From Lama glama (taxonomy: Eukaryota), in contig CM052845.1 of the NCBI GenBank assembly GCA_028534125.1, positions 6,510,001 to 6,574,000 of the forward strand: 64,000 nt of DNA. Reading direction: 5' to 3'. A program made the position numbers and the translations under genes. This document shows positions 50,082-64,000 of this stretch, piece after piece; position 1 is the first letter of the stretch; each line of letters opens with the position of its first letter. A model generated the notes under the pieces. It was not told the origin of the DNA, ran no database searches, and saw nothing but the letters and a program-made list of their open reading frames with translations.

Positions 50082-52799
50082 AAGAGCCCAGATGTAGATC
50101 AAATTTCATGATCATTCTGCAATATACTTTTTAAAGGAACAGAATTATTCCAAAGGATGTACTTAGAGATCCCTTAGCTGACAAAATAAAATGGACAGGC
50201 AGCATTTTTTTGGTCATGGAGCTGGTGTATTGTTCATGACATCTGAATATTATGTCTGTTCCGTGCTGGCCATTCATGGAGGGTTGAATCTACTTTTAAC
50301 TGATGCTTGAGAGATGGGTTTGTTGGCTGACACTGTGAACCAAACCCTTAGATGCTGAAAGATGATGGTCTAGAAGTTTATCTAAAACAATGAGGTCAGT
50401 ACTGCAGAGAGGAAACTTAGCTCACAGTTAGGCATTTTGAGTGCCACTCAGAGTTTTCTCTTTTCCTTTCCCCTGCGTTGAATGGTGGGCTGTTGTTTTA
50501 AAATGTATCAAATACCAAGTGCTGTCATGGCCTCATTACTGTCTTCTTTTCCCTTTTCACTCCCTACTGTTCCCCTCCGTCAGGATGACACCTCTTCCAG
50601 GCACCCACAGATTTCATCCCTTGAACATGGAGTATAAAAAACATTAAAATACACCACACGTGCCCATTAATTGTTAGGCGAAAATCGCCCAGAACATTGA
50701 TCTCAGACTTTATCTTTTAAACGATATAAATCAAATTTATCTCCCTTTCAAGCTTCTTTGAGTTTTAGTGTCTCAATCCCCCCTTTGGTAGCATTGCCCT
50801 CTTCATCCGGGTAACTTAATAAAAAGATGAAATTACTCCATATACTTTTCAGTTGCACCTCTCTTGCTAACTTGAGTTGACGTCAGCAGAGTCTTCTTTC
50901 CTGAATCAACTGCAAGTATGTTTTTAATACAGACTCTCTTAGTCCATAAGAAATCTGTTGGAGCAACAGAATACTCAGGAAAAAGATACTCTTTTGGCTA
51001 AGCCATGATTCTCAATTGCACTAGACAATTCCACATTAAATCTTTATTATAATAAAATAAAATAAATAGAATAAATTGAGCCCCTTATTTTTCAGCTCTA
51101 TTTATTCCTGGGACCCATATCAGGGGTCAAAAATATAAAAATATCATAAAGCCAGACCATCATGAAATTATCTTTAGATGTAAAGTAACTGATCTATGTA
51201 TGAAGGTAAATTGTACTGATCACTTTTGCTGAGCAAAGGATTTGCCGATTGTCTTGGGGATAATTTGGTAACTGCTATCTTAGGTGGTTTTCTGTCCTTT
51301 TGATGTGTGTCTGTAGTCTCTAAAACACCTTAGTGTTTAGCTGGAATATCCATTCCTGTGGCTCTGAAGCAGAGCTAATTTGCTTTTCTGCATCACAGCC
51401 TTCATCTGTGTTTTTGTTTTGCCTCAGCAAGTGAAGGGAAAAGATCAGGGCATTAATCTCTCCCTCCATTAGAAGGACGCATTTCCGCTTTCATCCAATT
51501 AGTTGCTGTAATTTGAAGCTTTTGGTGCCTGTCGGTCAGGTGGGAGGCTGGCAGCAGCAAGGGCCTGGGAAGCTTTCAGAAGGCTCACTGTGAGCTGGGT
51601 TATGTGTTTCACCCAGAAGATCAAGTGTCAGGCCTGCTCACCCCGGCCTGATCCTCAGATCCTTACATATTCATTAACCATCCATATGTGCTCGCTCAGG
51701 GAGGTTACAGCGAGGCTTCAGACCGAGTTTCTGTAAACCTCGAGGCACATGGAACCAAGGCTGCCACTAGTGAGTTCGGGTCTCTTAGCACACCTTGTTT
51801 TTGGGGGCACAGGGCTTGCGCAATTGCCTTCTTTCTCCCTTTTAAAACATAAGAGTGTCGATACCTGAAAATTGTAATTTGACGCCATTCATTCAGTGTT
51901 AGTGATCTCTGATATTAGCAGGGCAAAAGGAACCTCTTATTTCTGGAAGCCTGAAAAGGCTCCTGTAAATTCCCAGCACCACGGGGTGATGATTTGCACA
52001 GGCAAAGGGCTTGTGCGCATTTTCACGTCTCTCTGCCACTTCCCACGTCTCTTTGCCACTTCCCACAATACGAATGAAGGACACTTGTACCTTTTAAAAT
52101 AAGGCCAGATCGTCTCTGAAAACTTTAGCCTGATACTCCAGATGATGTGTATGAAAGAGATTCTGTTCCAAAATTTTTGGAGTTGGATATTTCCTTTACT
52201 AGAATGATCTCCCATTTTCCCTAGGACAAATTCCAGCATCAAGAAGCTGTTTGTGGGAAAAAAAAAAGCTGTTTGTGAGAAATAACTGCACAAGGAAAAT
52301 CCCTTCCACTCAAAGAGAAAACTCATGGACTTGAAATATCTGATCAGTTACTACTGAGGGCAAGGATGGGCTTGGTGATAAACCTGGCCTCTGGCTCTCT
52401 TATATTTTACTTCTTTGGTTTCCTCATTTGTAAAATAAAAGGGTTATTATGTACATGGTCATTGTTAATACCCCTTTCGGTTTTCAAGTTCAGTGTTTGG
52501 TGAGGCAGCATATTTCAGTTGATAACTGGCAAATATGAAGCTTGTATATTGCCACGATTACTGGTTTTACTCATGGCAGACACAGCTAGTTAACTTTTCC
52601 TGCTGACCTTGGAATTCCAATGCCTTGGAATCCTTCTCATCACAGAGTTTCAACCATCCGCCCTCCGTCAGATGAAGACAAAACTTAACATGCCATTCCA
52701 GGTATAATGAACCAGATGCAGTGACGAGGCAGAGGACTGGACAGAGATCTGGTCCTGTGACCGCTTTTACAGTTCCCTGTAACCCTCGAGAAGGCAATT

Positions 52800-54440
52800 A
52801 AACATTTTAAAATTAGATTTGACATAGATTTTTATGTGAAAATACGTTTTCATTTCTCTAGAATAAATGCCCAGACGTGCAGTTGCTGGGTCATATGGTA
52901 GTTGCATTTTTAGTTTTTAAAGAAATTAGCAAACTGCTTTTTTCAGAGTGGCTGTAACATTCCCACCAAACACATATGAGTCAGCCAGTATTCCTGCACG
53001 TTCTCCAGCGTTTATTGCTTTCACTGTTTCTACTTTTCACCATCCTAAATAGGTGTGTAAGTGATATTTGATGGTGGACTTAATCTGTGTTTCTCTAATG
53101 GCTAATAATGTTGAACATCTTTTCATGGGATTTTTACTGTCTCTGTATCTTTTTCTAGGAAATGTCTCTTTATGTCTTTAGCCCGTATTCTAATTGTATT
53201 GTTTCCTTTTTTATTGTTGAATTTTGAGAGTTTTAAATATATTTTAGGGACTAGTCCTTTGTTGGATGAATAGTTTGCAAACATTTTCTCCCACTCTGTA
53301 GCTTGTCTTTACCCCTTTAACAGGGTCTTTTGCAAAGCAAAAGGTTTGATTTTGAATGTATTATTTTATGACTCTATTTTTCATTGTATGTTATTTTTCC
53401 TTTCAGGAAACCATGTTTTGGTGTTAAGCCTGGAAACTCTTTGCCTGGCCCTAGATCTCAAAGGCTTTCTCTTATTTTTTTCCTAAAAATGTTGTAGTTT
53501 TACATTTGACATTTAAATCTGTGTTTTATTTTAATTTTTATATAAAGTATCAGACTTAGATCAAGGTTCCTTTTTTTTTGCCTGTGGTGTCCAGTTGCTC
53601 CAGTACCGTCTGTTAAAAAGGCTCTTTCCTCCACTGCGTTACCTTTACATCTGTGTCAAAACCCAGCTGGGCATACTCGTGTGAGTTTACATCTGGGTTC
53701 TCTGTTCTATTTGATTGATCTGTGCGTTCCTACTTCCGAGACTCCACAGGTGCACATTTTAGATCTTTTGTTATAGTCCAACAGGTCCTTGAGTCTCTGT
53801 GCATTTTTTTCTTTTCAGTCTACTTTCTCTGTTGTTCAGATTAGGTAATTTGTATTGTCCTGTCTTCCAGTTCACTGATTCTTTCCTTCATCCTCTCCAT
53901 GCTTCACATTCAGCCTCTTCACTGAGCTTTTTCTTTCTTTGGCTATTATATATTTGAGTTCCAAAATTTCCATTTGGTTTTCCTTTAAATCTTCTATTTC
54001 TTTCCTGAAACTTTACATTCCTTTGTTGAGACTTTCTATTTTTCACTTGTTTCGAGCATATTTATATTGCTTGTTGAAAAACAATTAAAAAAAAACTTTT
54101 CCAGAAAATTCTAACATCTCTGCCATGTTGATATTTGCATCCACTGATTGCTTCTTTCACTCAGTTTGAGATCTTCCTGGTTCTGAATCTGATGAATGAT
54201 TTTTGATTCAAACCTAGGCATTTTGAAGTTATGTTTTAAGACTCTGGACCTTCTTTAAACCTTTTGTTTTAGCTGAATTTTCTGATACTATTCCAGCAGG
54301 GGGAGGGGAGGTATGTGCCACTTTATTACTGTTAATTTTTCTTTAAATATTTAGTAACATTCACAGGTGAAGCCATCTGATCTGGGGCTTCTCTTTTCTT
54401 CTTGGGAAGTTTTGATCACTGATTCAGCGTCCTTATTACT
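52800..54440 (-). mobile_element. Old L1M fragments (ORF2 end and 5' region)
   Basis: catttctctagaataaatgcccaga..ttgctgggtcatatggta, ggctaataatgttgaacatcttttcatg, ccaacaggtccttgagtctctg. Confidence 0.8.
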
Positions 54441-54830
54441 TGTTATGAGCTGAATTGTGTCCCCACAAAAGTCATATGTTGAAGCCTAACTCCTAATATC
54501 TGAGAATGTAACCAAATTTGCAGCTCGAGCCTTCAGAGTAGTCATTAAGTTAAAATGGGGTCGTTAGGGTGATTCTGTTCAACATGACTGTTATTTTTAT
54601 AAGAAGAGATGAGGACACACACAGAGGCTCCACACACATGCACGTGCAAAGGACACTGTGAGGACACAGCAAGAAGGTGGCCATCTGCAAGCCAAGGAGA
54701 GAAACCTCAGGAAAAAACAAAACCTGCCAACACCTCGATCTTGGGCGTCTCGCTTCCAGAACTGTCAGAAAACAAACTGTTGTGGGAGCCGCACCGTCCG
54801 TGGTATTGTGTTGTGGCAGCCCTACGTGTG
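54441..54830 (+). mobile_element. MaLR solo LTR (MLT1A/B-like) nested in L1
   Basis: tgttatgagctgaattgtgtcccc...gtgaggacacagcaagaaggtggccatctgcaagccaaggagaga...ttccagaactgt...tggcagccc. Confidence 0.88.
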
Positions 54831-56029
54831 GCTACTCAGATTGTCTGTTTCTTCCTAATTCAGTGTCGGTAGGTTGTACAGTTCTGGGGGTTCATCCATT
54901 TCACCTCGGTTATCCGATTTCTTAATAGGCCATTGTTTATTTTTGTAAAATTGGTAGTAACAACTCCCCTTTCATTTCTGATTTTGGTGTCGGTGATTCT
55001 TGACTAGAGTAGAGGGTTATTGTCTAATAGTTTTCGACCTTGCTAGGCTGTCCCTTCCTAATTCTTTGGTATTTTCTAGTTGCCTGCATCCTCAGTTCCA
55101 AGTCTGGTGTTTATTAGGAAAAAAGAAACCCCAGGGAACTCCTCGGTGTCACTTCTCAGGTACTCAGTTCCCTAGCAGGTGGCGTTTCTCTCCGTCTTTC
55201 AGAGTCTTTTTATGCTTGTTTTATATATTGTGTGAAGGATGTTTAGTTGTACTTTTCAGAAATCATATGGAAAAGTACGTCTACTCTGCTCTGCTTCCTG
55301 GACCCAGAAGTCTCAATTAATTTTTACAGTTACTTGGGAAATGCAGAGATGGTACTAGGTTATCTCTGAAATCCCTCCCTGGTCCGTTGATCTTCAGATA
55401 GATTTTCTAGCTTTAAAATGACTAAATCCTAATTAAGCAAACAAAGCTACTCTTCCGTTTAGATGGGCAGTAATAGATTAAGACTCATCGCTTACATCAA
55501 ACCAAAGGCAGAGGCTTCATCGTCCTACGCTGCCTTTAGTTTCCCCCAGAGCTTGCCACGATCGGGGGTGGAGCTCAGGGGTTAGCTTTCCCCTGTTTTC
55601 TTTCTCTCACTGCTGGTGAGTGTGCTCTTTGGCTAAATATTTTTGTTGACCTTTCCTAATACTCTCATTACCCTGTTGTCCAACAGCCCAACTGCTGGCG
55701 TTAGAGGTTCTGGAGAGGGTGCCTGCACTGGAGCCCGCCCTCCCCACCCTCCTTTCCCTTTTGACTTGTCATTGCCTCAGCCTCCCTGCCTTGTCCCTGC
55801 CATGTCCCCGCGGAGGGCCGCTGTTGGGTAGGATGACTTTTTTAGTTCTTTCCTCACTTCAGGAATAGTTCTGTATTCCACTGTGATTGCTATGACTTCG
55901 TCTGTCATTTTCCTGTTGCCTGGTCAAGAGGTGACATAGACCTTTCTTAGGTCTCAAGTCTGAGAGTATTCTCCCAAGCTCCCTGAATCCCTTTCTGTGT
56001 TGTCTTCAAACCTCCCCATCGCAGAGACT

Positions 56030-56985
56030 CAGTGATGGGCTCGAGCTGGCTCTTCCTGGCTCATGAGAGCCAGCTGTCAAATTTCTAGGAATTTTGTCAG
56101 CTGGTTGTTAAAAACAATCACTATGAAAAGTCAAATTGTATAATCGTACAATTAAATAAGTTGCTTAAGAACAAAGGTTAAAAACGCTCAAAATTTTGAT
56201 CACTCCTTGATTATTTTACTACAGTTTTCTATTCCCTATACGCCTGGGGTTATTTACACCTGTTTTAACTGTATGGTAGAAGTCCTGCAGAGTGGCGGGC
56301 TACTGCACAGCTTCCCGACTTCCCAGGCAGTGGTGTCACCTTGACAGCCTGAAACTGGTCGTGGTGGGAGTATTTATAACACGGAAGTTGGAAAACGCCA
56401 CAAATCTGGGCTGGATTTATTATTTCGTACCTAGACTTAAGAAAACAGTGGAGAATGTTACTAATGCAGGTTAAACTTAAAATTGCATCATGTCTGTACC
56501 CGTTACATTATAAATAGTCTACAAATTGAAGAAACAGTCTTCCAGTATTCGAAACTGTTACCCAGTTCCACAAAGAAGTCATTCTCATGTCACTGATGAA
56601 TGAGTGATGTCCTGACATGTTTGTGTTGTTTTGTTGTTGTTTTATTCATTACCGTAAACAAAAATACCAACCGACATTCATGCCAGAACTACATTCATGC
56701 CATCAATGACATGGAGTTTTGCTAAACTGCTTACTAAGCAAATATTTTTTTCATAGGCTGTTTTGGTCAAAACATTGCTAGATTGTAAGTATGGGTTAGC
56801 AACCAACATGAATACGGCAAAATAAGTGAAAGGATTCTGTGGGAATAAATTTCTATGCAGAATTGACAACAAAACATAGTATTGTGGTTCATAAGTCATG
56901 TGCTAAACACCCTTTATATGAGTAAAATTTACTCACGTCTTTTTTTTCCTGGAGATTCAGTGGTTGAACTTTTATCAGTATTGTT
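56030..56985. mobile_element. hAT-Tip100 non-autonomous DNA transposon (Arthur1-like)
   Basis: cagtgatgggctcgagctggctc...gagagccagctgtcaaatttctaggaattttgtcagctggttgttaaa, gtgggagtattta..acggaa, about 950 bp. Family name from memory. Confidence 0.7.
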
Positions 56986-57457
56986 CTGCAAAGACACTAA
57001 TCCTTATCAAGGTATTTCTAACATTCTATTTTAAAGGGATCCGTTCACAACAAGAAGATGCACTTCAGGCAAAAGATACGTGTGAAAAAGTTTGCTCACT
57101 TGATTGAATTATTCTCAAAGCCCTCAAATGTAATCAATGAATCCACCAGCAGGTGTCACTGTGGGGTAGGGTCACAGTCCTAAGGGCTCCAGTTTTGCGC
57201 TTCCTAGAAAAATATTGGCGTTGAATTGCTTCCAATTAAGTTACACCCAGAACAACTCCTGAAGTCTCTTTACAGAGAGACATGTCACACCCAGGTCCTT
57301 TGGAAACAGGCAGCACAGGAGCAGAGGCACAATCTGCTGGCTCTGTTTGCCTGTTTTCTGTTTTTTTTTTTTGGTTTGTTTTGTATTTTTAACCCTGCTG
57401 TTACGTATTTGTTCAGAAAGCCTACACCACCTCTGTTTAGCTCTAGCCCTGTCTGTG

Positions 57458-57625
57458 GCCTTGCTACTCACAGTGTGATGCCTGGACCAGCACCTCCGGC
57501 ATTGCCTGGGAGCATGTTAGAGGTGCAGCGTCCCAGGCCCTGCCCCGGACCTGCTGAACAAGGACCTGCATCAATATCACCAGGGATCCTCACACACATT
57601 CCTGTGAGGGCGAGAAGCACTGCTG
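57458..57625. mobile_element. hAT-Charlie MITE (MER5A-like)
   Basis: gctactcacagtgtg..cctggaccagca, cctgggagcatgttaga..tgcag, ending gagaagcactgct. Confidence 0.75.
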
Positions 57626-59529
57626 TGAGTGACCCATGTGTTGGCAGTTACCATGACACTATGAACGAGATGGAAAAATAACTTTCAGCCTCATTGGACC
57701 AGAGAATGAAGTTAGTGGGAAAGAGGGGTGCTGTTTCCTAAGAGAGATGCCTGATATGTTCCTTCGTGCATGTCGGATCACCTATCCTTTTTCTTTTCTT
57801 TTCTTTTTTTTTTTAAATTCTGGACAGAAGAACCTTTCTGGATCCTTGTCCGCATAACCTGGCCTTGGCTGACTTCGCCAGTGTTGTATCTTTTGCCACC
57901 TCCCTTCCACATTCTGTATTTCAGCCACACTAAATTACCTGGCATTGTGACCTTCAAACTCCGACCTGATCTCTCTCTCCATTGCTCAACGTGGCTTCCT
58001 CTTGCTCTTAGGACAGAGACCAAAATCTGCCGTGGTTTCCAAGGGCTCCTCAGATCCAGCCCTGTCTTGCTTGAGGTCTCGCTCCTCAGCACCTCTCTCC
58101 TCCTTAGACTCAATGTTTTAGCCTCAGTCTCTCTATTTCTTTTTCTCTCTCTCTCTTTCTCGATTCTGAGCCTTGGTCCATTCTGTCCCCTCTCCTACCC
58201 GCCCAGAATGCTCTACCTGCTACCCCACCTCATCTACTGCCAGACTGATCACTTTCTTGAAAGAACGCGGGAAGGCTTTTCTAAGCCCCTCACCTGCATG
58301 AATGTCCTTTGTCACATGACCCTCTGCGTTTCCATTTCACAGCGCTCCTCATGTTCGCCGTGACTCTTCCGTAGATGTGTCTCTTCCCCGGGAGACTGCT
58401 TCTCCGTAAACAAAGGGAGTATGTCTGTCTTGTTCGTACAAGGACCCTGCCGTGACCGTCACCGGCCTGCATGGTCTGGCTCTTGATCCCTCAGCACCTT
58501 CTGCCCTTCTTGCCTTCCCCGTCCCTGCTTCTCCTTGCTCCTCCCCAAACATACCAGGGACCTTTTGCTGCTGATTCTTCTTTTCTTAGACCTCTAAGTC
58601 TTCTCACCCAACCCTAGCAGAGTTTCTAGAGGCAGACCTCATGGGAGGTTTGGTGATGGGCCCCGGTTTAGGTCTTGTACCACACCTGCCTTTCAGTGGG
58701 TTGCTTGTCCGCTGATGAAGAGGAAATAGGTGATCCGTGTCGTAGACGTCTTACAAAGGTGTGACTCGGAGCCAAATTCCCTTTCTGCACGGACATCAGG
58801 TTGCTGAGGTCTGCTTCTGCACACGCTCAGCTGAAGATGACGTGGGAGAGACTGGAGAAGAGGTTGCCGCTGTCCTTGGGGAATAACGAGCGGGGGCCGA
58901 GGAGACCTGGGGGACCAGGGGACTGAGTAACAGTGAGGGTTGTTTATTATTATTTGGTTTATCAAAGTCTGAGAAATGTCTGAGACCTTCTCCTTCCTCA
59001 TTACTCATGAGTTTACAAAAATAATATTATTGATGCAGGAGGGAGGCAAAAGTGAAGCCAAACAATTCAAGTTGGGCTTTTTCTCAGCATGAAAAAAAAA
59101 GCTATTGTTTTGAGAACACACGTGGGTCTCCATCCCTTCCTTAAGTCGGCTCCCCGCTTAGAGAGCACCTGCTCTATGTGACGTCTTGCGTTTTTCTGAG
59201 CCGACTACAACTACAATGCACACGCACCAGACCGCTAGCCCCTGACAACTTTATCCTTCAAATCCTTACAGAGTAAGCTGTCTGCTCCTGCAGGAAACCT
59301 TCCATAATTTATTCCCTGTGAAGCGTTCCTCACTCTTTCCCTGCCTTGGTGTGTATGGTTTTATTCACGTGATTTAGTCTAATACATAGTTAATTCAGTT
59401 ACACAAATATTCGTCAGGTGTCTACACTGTTCCAGAAAACGTGCTAGGTGCTGGCAGGATGGATGTGAAAAGCCATCATGCCTCCCCGTAAGGGTGTCCA
59501 CTCTCCACGGACAAGACAGAACGAAAATC

Positions 59530-59665
59530 TCACACACATGTATACATATTCTGTTTCATTGCAAGCCATTGAATATAGTTCCCTGTGCTACACAGTAGGG
59601 CCTTTTTATCTATTTTGTAAATAGTAGTTTGTATCTGCCAATCCCAGACCCCCAATTTAATAGCC
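59530..59665 (-). mobile_element. L1 3' end fragment
   Basis: attgaatatagttccctgtgctacacagtagg...atagtagtttgtatctgccaatccca. Confidence 0.75.
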
Positions 59666-62600
59666 TCTCCTTTCACAGCCCTTGGGAGAATTAGGTTTTG
59701 TCCAAGAAAAGTCACCTGTTTCTTTGCTTTCTGAAAACATACTTGAAAATAATCCTTTACCACCCTCAGACCCTCAAAATGTCCGATATTTCAAACTTTT
59801 CCCTAGATAAATATGACTGGTCGACAGCAGTACGACCTCCCCATCCTTTCCACTCTGAAGAACGTGTGTATTTCCAAAAATTTGCTGTGTGATTCTTAGA
59901 GTTGGGAGAGGGCGGGACCTGAGTGGGGATGACAGGACCCGTGATGCAGGACCCTGACGGGCGGTGCGTTGCCGGAGCAGCTCCGAAGGTGGGCAGGTGG
60001 GCAGTCCCTGGGGCGCTGTGTACCTGGCCTGACAGCCTTTGGAAGAGAATCCTGTATTTCAGTATTATGTCCGACAGACTCACCAGGCCTTGCGTCTAAA
60101 GATCCCTAGATGTTAGGCGAACTGTCACAGTTATCTTAGGTAGTATGTTAACGAGTGAGTTTAAGAGTGTGAATTAAAAAGTGTGTGGCGGTTTTTACTG
60201 ATGTGCAGATGGCTGTCCAGCACCCCTTCCTCAGGGGAAGACCCTGTCCCTTGCTCCCCACGTCTCATGGGTGCCCCTCTGCCATTCATCAGGCGCTCTT
60301 TGCTCGTCACAGAGTGGGGTGTGGGCACACGATACAGAGTGGCGGCTGGCTCTGTCCATCACCCTGGCTGTGGTGAGCAGTTCATGGCGAGGCAGAGGAC
60401 TCACCGGTGAACAAGTGTTTGGCCTCTATTTCTCTGCCAAGGATGGCTTTGGACTTGGGTAGATTTTCAGATGAGGCCTTTGCCAATGTGTGAAGGTGAA
60501 CTAGACAGACAGGTACCTCTGCTGAGGGGCTGTTGGCTCACAGTTTGCCTCCTTCAAAGGATCCGGCCCTGAGACCCCTTTCCATTGCTAATTGTCCCCA
60601 GGCACCCTAGGGGTCCACCCACACGTGGAGGACCCTGGCCACAGCTGCAGACGTCTGCTTCTCACCTTTCTTCCTTTCCACCCAGATTCTGAGATGTCTG
60701 AATAAGTGAGCCACTTTCTTGGGTTCATAGACACAGCGGAAGCAGTACCTCCCTGGATGGCATCTTGGGTTCCAACCACTCCACGCTTTCCTAGGTGGAG
60801 TTAGGAGTGGACACAGCTGGGGCTTCGAGGGGATTCTTGTATCCACCCTGAGTCCCTGCGCGTTCATCAGATGCACTGGGGGACATGCCCCGCCTCGGGG
60901 AGCCTGCCCTGCGAATTCTGATTCACCAAGAAATCTCGACTCTGTCTTGAATGGGTTTCTCAGCTTTGGATCCAGTTGAGAGATAAGACAATAAAACCGC
61001 TACTCTTCTCGGAAGAGAATAAAAGGGTAAACGGGAAGAGTTATTTCTGCTTCTGGCCGTCATCTTCAGCGGCCAGTTAGGGTTGCCCTATTGAGTGGCC
61101 TCTGCTTATTAATAGAAGGAGTAAAGAAAGAAAAATGGAGTTAATGTTGCAATGAAGACATGACAGAGCCTCTGGTTTCCAGGATCAGCCTGAAATGAAT
61201 TAAAGCCAGATAATACCAACAAATCTGTCATGCTGCCCTGCGAACAGGAAACCTAGGCTGGGCCAGCAGGAATTAGTCACAGCACACACTGGCAAACCCT
61301 CCCAGACCAGGGAATGAAAAATGTGCTTCATCTGCAAAAATTAACTTTTGGAATTTGGACAGTGTTTTCCATTACCCACTTTCTTTTCTCCAAAGGACAG
61401 TCATCAAATCTGCTTGGCTGGCTTCTGCTTCTGCTGTACCACTAAGTGTATAAATTTGTATGTGAGATGGAATCCCAGCTAGCTGTGTGCCTTTGGATAA
61501 GCGACCTTATCTTTTGGGAGCTGAGTTTTACCTTCTGGAAAATAAGGTGGTTGGCATCTGCTGATTCTTGAGGCTTTTAACTTTATTTGGAGACTAGAAA
61601 ATAATGTATTAAGAAATTTGATTGCACACCCACGAAGTGTTTGGTGCCATGCTGAGAAGTGGTGAAACAAAAGGTAGATGATAAAATCTTTTCAAGAGCT
61701 TCCAGTGTCTGCAGGGAGATGGGCATTTAGAAAAGGTGTGAGAGAAACAGTGCTATGGCCCCTGGAACTGTACCTGCTTATAAGACATTCAACAACGTTG
61801 TCAAGATGGCTTTTTCTCTGCCCCAGAATTGTATCCAAGGCCCAAAACTGAGGAAAGATCCCACATACACCACATTCCAAAGACACTGTTGAGCGAATGA
61901 GGTCAGCGCTGCCTCCCTGGGGCTTACTGGGGGGGACCAGAGCCTGCTGGCCCAGCCTGTCCATCCGCTGTCAGGAGAGAGGGTCAGGAAGGCAGGGGGG
62001 GTCTTAGCTGCGTGACGGGCAGTGTCCCAGGTGAGAGACTACTGCCTCCCATCCTTAAAACTAAGCAAGAGGGCTTCTAAAAGAATTTCTTCTTAAAGGC
62101 TAGTGGGAACTTCAAGATGTAGACACTGGCAGCTCACTCCTTGGTTGGGTGTGTGCTGAGCTGTCAGCCTCACTGAGATGCTCCTGCGCACGGGCCACGT
62201 TCTAAGGGCTATTGGAAGAGCCTGGTGGAATCCTAGGGCAGAGCCTCCATTGTCCTCTGCAGCCCCAGGACCTCACATGTGCCCTGAGGTTTGCGGACAT
62301 ACTTGAACCAAGAGAGTTCAGATCTAGAGACTTCTGAAGATGAAAGGCCCGTTGGAGAAGGCCAGGCTAGCAGGCTGGGTGGGTTGTCATAGAAGGTGTT
62401 TGAGGGAAAGATGGGACAGCTTGCCTGTCATTCCAGTTCCTCACAGGCCTTAGCGGGTGGGGAAGAGGACCCCAGCGGTCCTGGCAGCTCTAGGTGAAGA
62501 GCACCAGCTTTACCTGAGAAGCAGCAGTCAGCCTGCTTGTGAGCCACTGCACCAGACCGGGCCCTGCTGTTGCTGGAGATGCAACTGGCGGGGCAGAGAT

Positions 62601-64000
62601 AGTGGCACCCCTCAGTTGTGGAGGGTGCTGAGTTAAGCCAGTCTTCTTCTAAGAATACCATCCCCCTACTTACTTGGCAGCCACCAGCATTGGATGGTAC
62701 TAGACTGAACCAGAGGGAGTTTAGGGGGAGCCCGTGGCCAAGCAAGGAGATTCTGCCTCCACCATCCCTCCCCTCTCCTCTCAACATTCAAGGAACATAA
62801 GGTGAGAAAAAGAAGGGGCAGGAGTCTTAGACCCGATCACGAGACTTTCTGGTATCTAACACGTACTAGAAATTGACTGAGTCTGCTCCATCGTGTTAAG
62901 GGAGCTGCCGCCCAGTGGGGAAGAGGCATCTACATAGCCCAGTGGAAGGTAGTCCCTAGTTATACCCCAGGAAGCTGAGGAAATATAAACATTAAGTTAA
63001 AGCATCATGGTGGTGAGATTAAGTCTGCTGCGGAACACTCAAGGACTCAGCTAACAGAGGAGACAGGCTCTATTCACTCTGGGACAAATCCTAACTGCTG
63101 AGTGATAGAGGTGTGAATAAAATGCCGGGGAGAAGGGAGGCAGACTAGGTGAGTTCTGATAAGAGGTGGACGGCCGCTTTGATGAGGTGACATCTGAGCT
63201 GGATGGAGATGAGAACTTTGAGAGGAGGAGAAAAGGGCGGGCTTTCTCGGTGCAAGGATCAGGATCAATAAGACAAGGAGAGTGAAGAGGGTGAGAAGTT
63301 GTCTCTGGTGGGAACAGAGACAGGGAGGGAAGGAGTGTAAAACCAGGAGAGAATTTCAGGCCCTCCCAGTTTGGCTCAACTCCCTTTTTCAGGTTTAAGG
63401 GTTGTGGACTTCATATTTGTCGATGGTAAAAAGCCATTGAAGCGTTTGCGTTTGAGAACACAGTTTAGGCTGCTTTAGAGATATCCCTCTGGCAGTGTTC
63501 TGGAGGGAGAGTTAGAGGGAGAAGACCGCAGGGAGCGGGTGGGCGCTGAGCGGGGTTTGCCATCGTTCAGTTGAGAAGTAATGAGTGTCTGAGTCAGAGC
63601 ACGACTGTGAGAATGAAGATCAGATAGCAGCTCTGAGAGCTGGTGGAAGTCACTGGATGGTGGTGAGGGCCAAGTGGGAACGACTCAGATCCGGCCTCCA
63701 GCTCGGTCTATTAAGAAGGTGATGGTGCTATGAAATGCGGGAAGGGAAACAAATTTGTGGGAGGAGGAGGAGGGAGGGATAAGAATGGTAATGACCGATA
63801 CTTATCAAGCATCTGCTGTGTGCCTTCACTTTTCTGAGTGGTTTGCACATATTAATTCATCCTCACCACAGTCTTATGAATAAATACGATTAGTGTCTCC
63901 ATCCTACAGATGAGGTTAGATGACAAATTTGGTCTTGTGTGTCAAATTTGAGGTGCCCCTTTGATCATCAGGTAGATGTACACTGTAGGGTTTTTGGAAA

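Noticed and set aside
52024-52066. 20-bp tandem duplication (cacgtctct(c/t)tgccacttcc x2)
   Set aside because: Ordinary slippage duplication with two copies and no spacers, not an array or CRISPR-like structure.
57226-58363. 151-aa and 197-aa hydrophobic ORFs
   Set aside because: Non-ATG starts, overlap with MER5A-like and pyrimidine-rich old repeat sequence, low-complexity composition.

Overview
Mammalian genomic DNA, most likely a camelid (inferred from eight tRNA-derived SINEs resembling Vic-1). The window holds the complete coding region of FUT10 (GT10 fucosyltransferase; recalled to have been reassigned as protein O-fucosyltransferase POFUT3) on the + strand. It has four coding exons: 2476-2556, 4645-4939, 26912-27747 and 38796-39020 (81+295+836+225 = 1437 nt, 478 aa + stop), all with GT-AG sites and consistent phases. 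The promoter and first exon are not visible and probably lie upstream; exon numbering assumes one upstream non-coding exon. The rest is intron, 3'UTR and about 23 kb of downstream sequence, rich in SINEs, L1, L2, MIR, LTRs and hAT DNA transposons, with one 500-N assembly gap. I found no convincing new multi-gene system. The best leads are: a CpG/GC3-inflated exon 4 suggesting GC-biased gene conversion; an in-frame candidate alternative N-terminal exon that would remove the membrane anchor; uORFs in the 5'UTR; inverted SINE pairs around exons 3 and 4; a TSD-flanked chimeric retroposon; a rearranged ERV-L relic; and an unassigned island spanning the gap. Repeat family names and human comparisons are from memory, and repeat boundaries are approximate.
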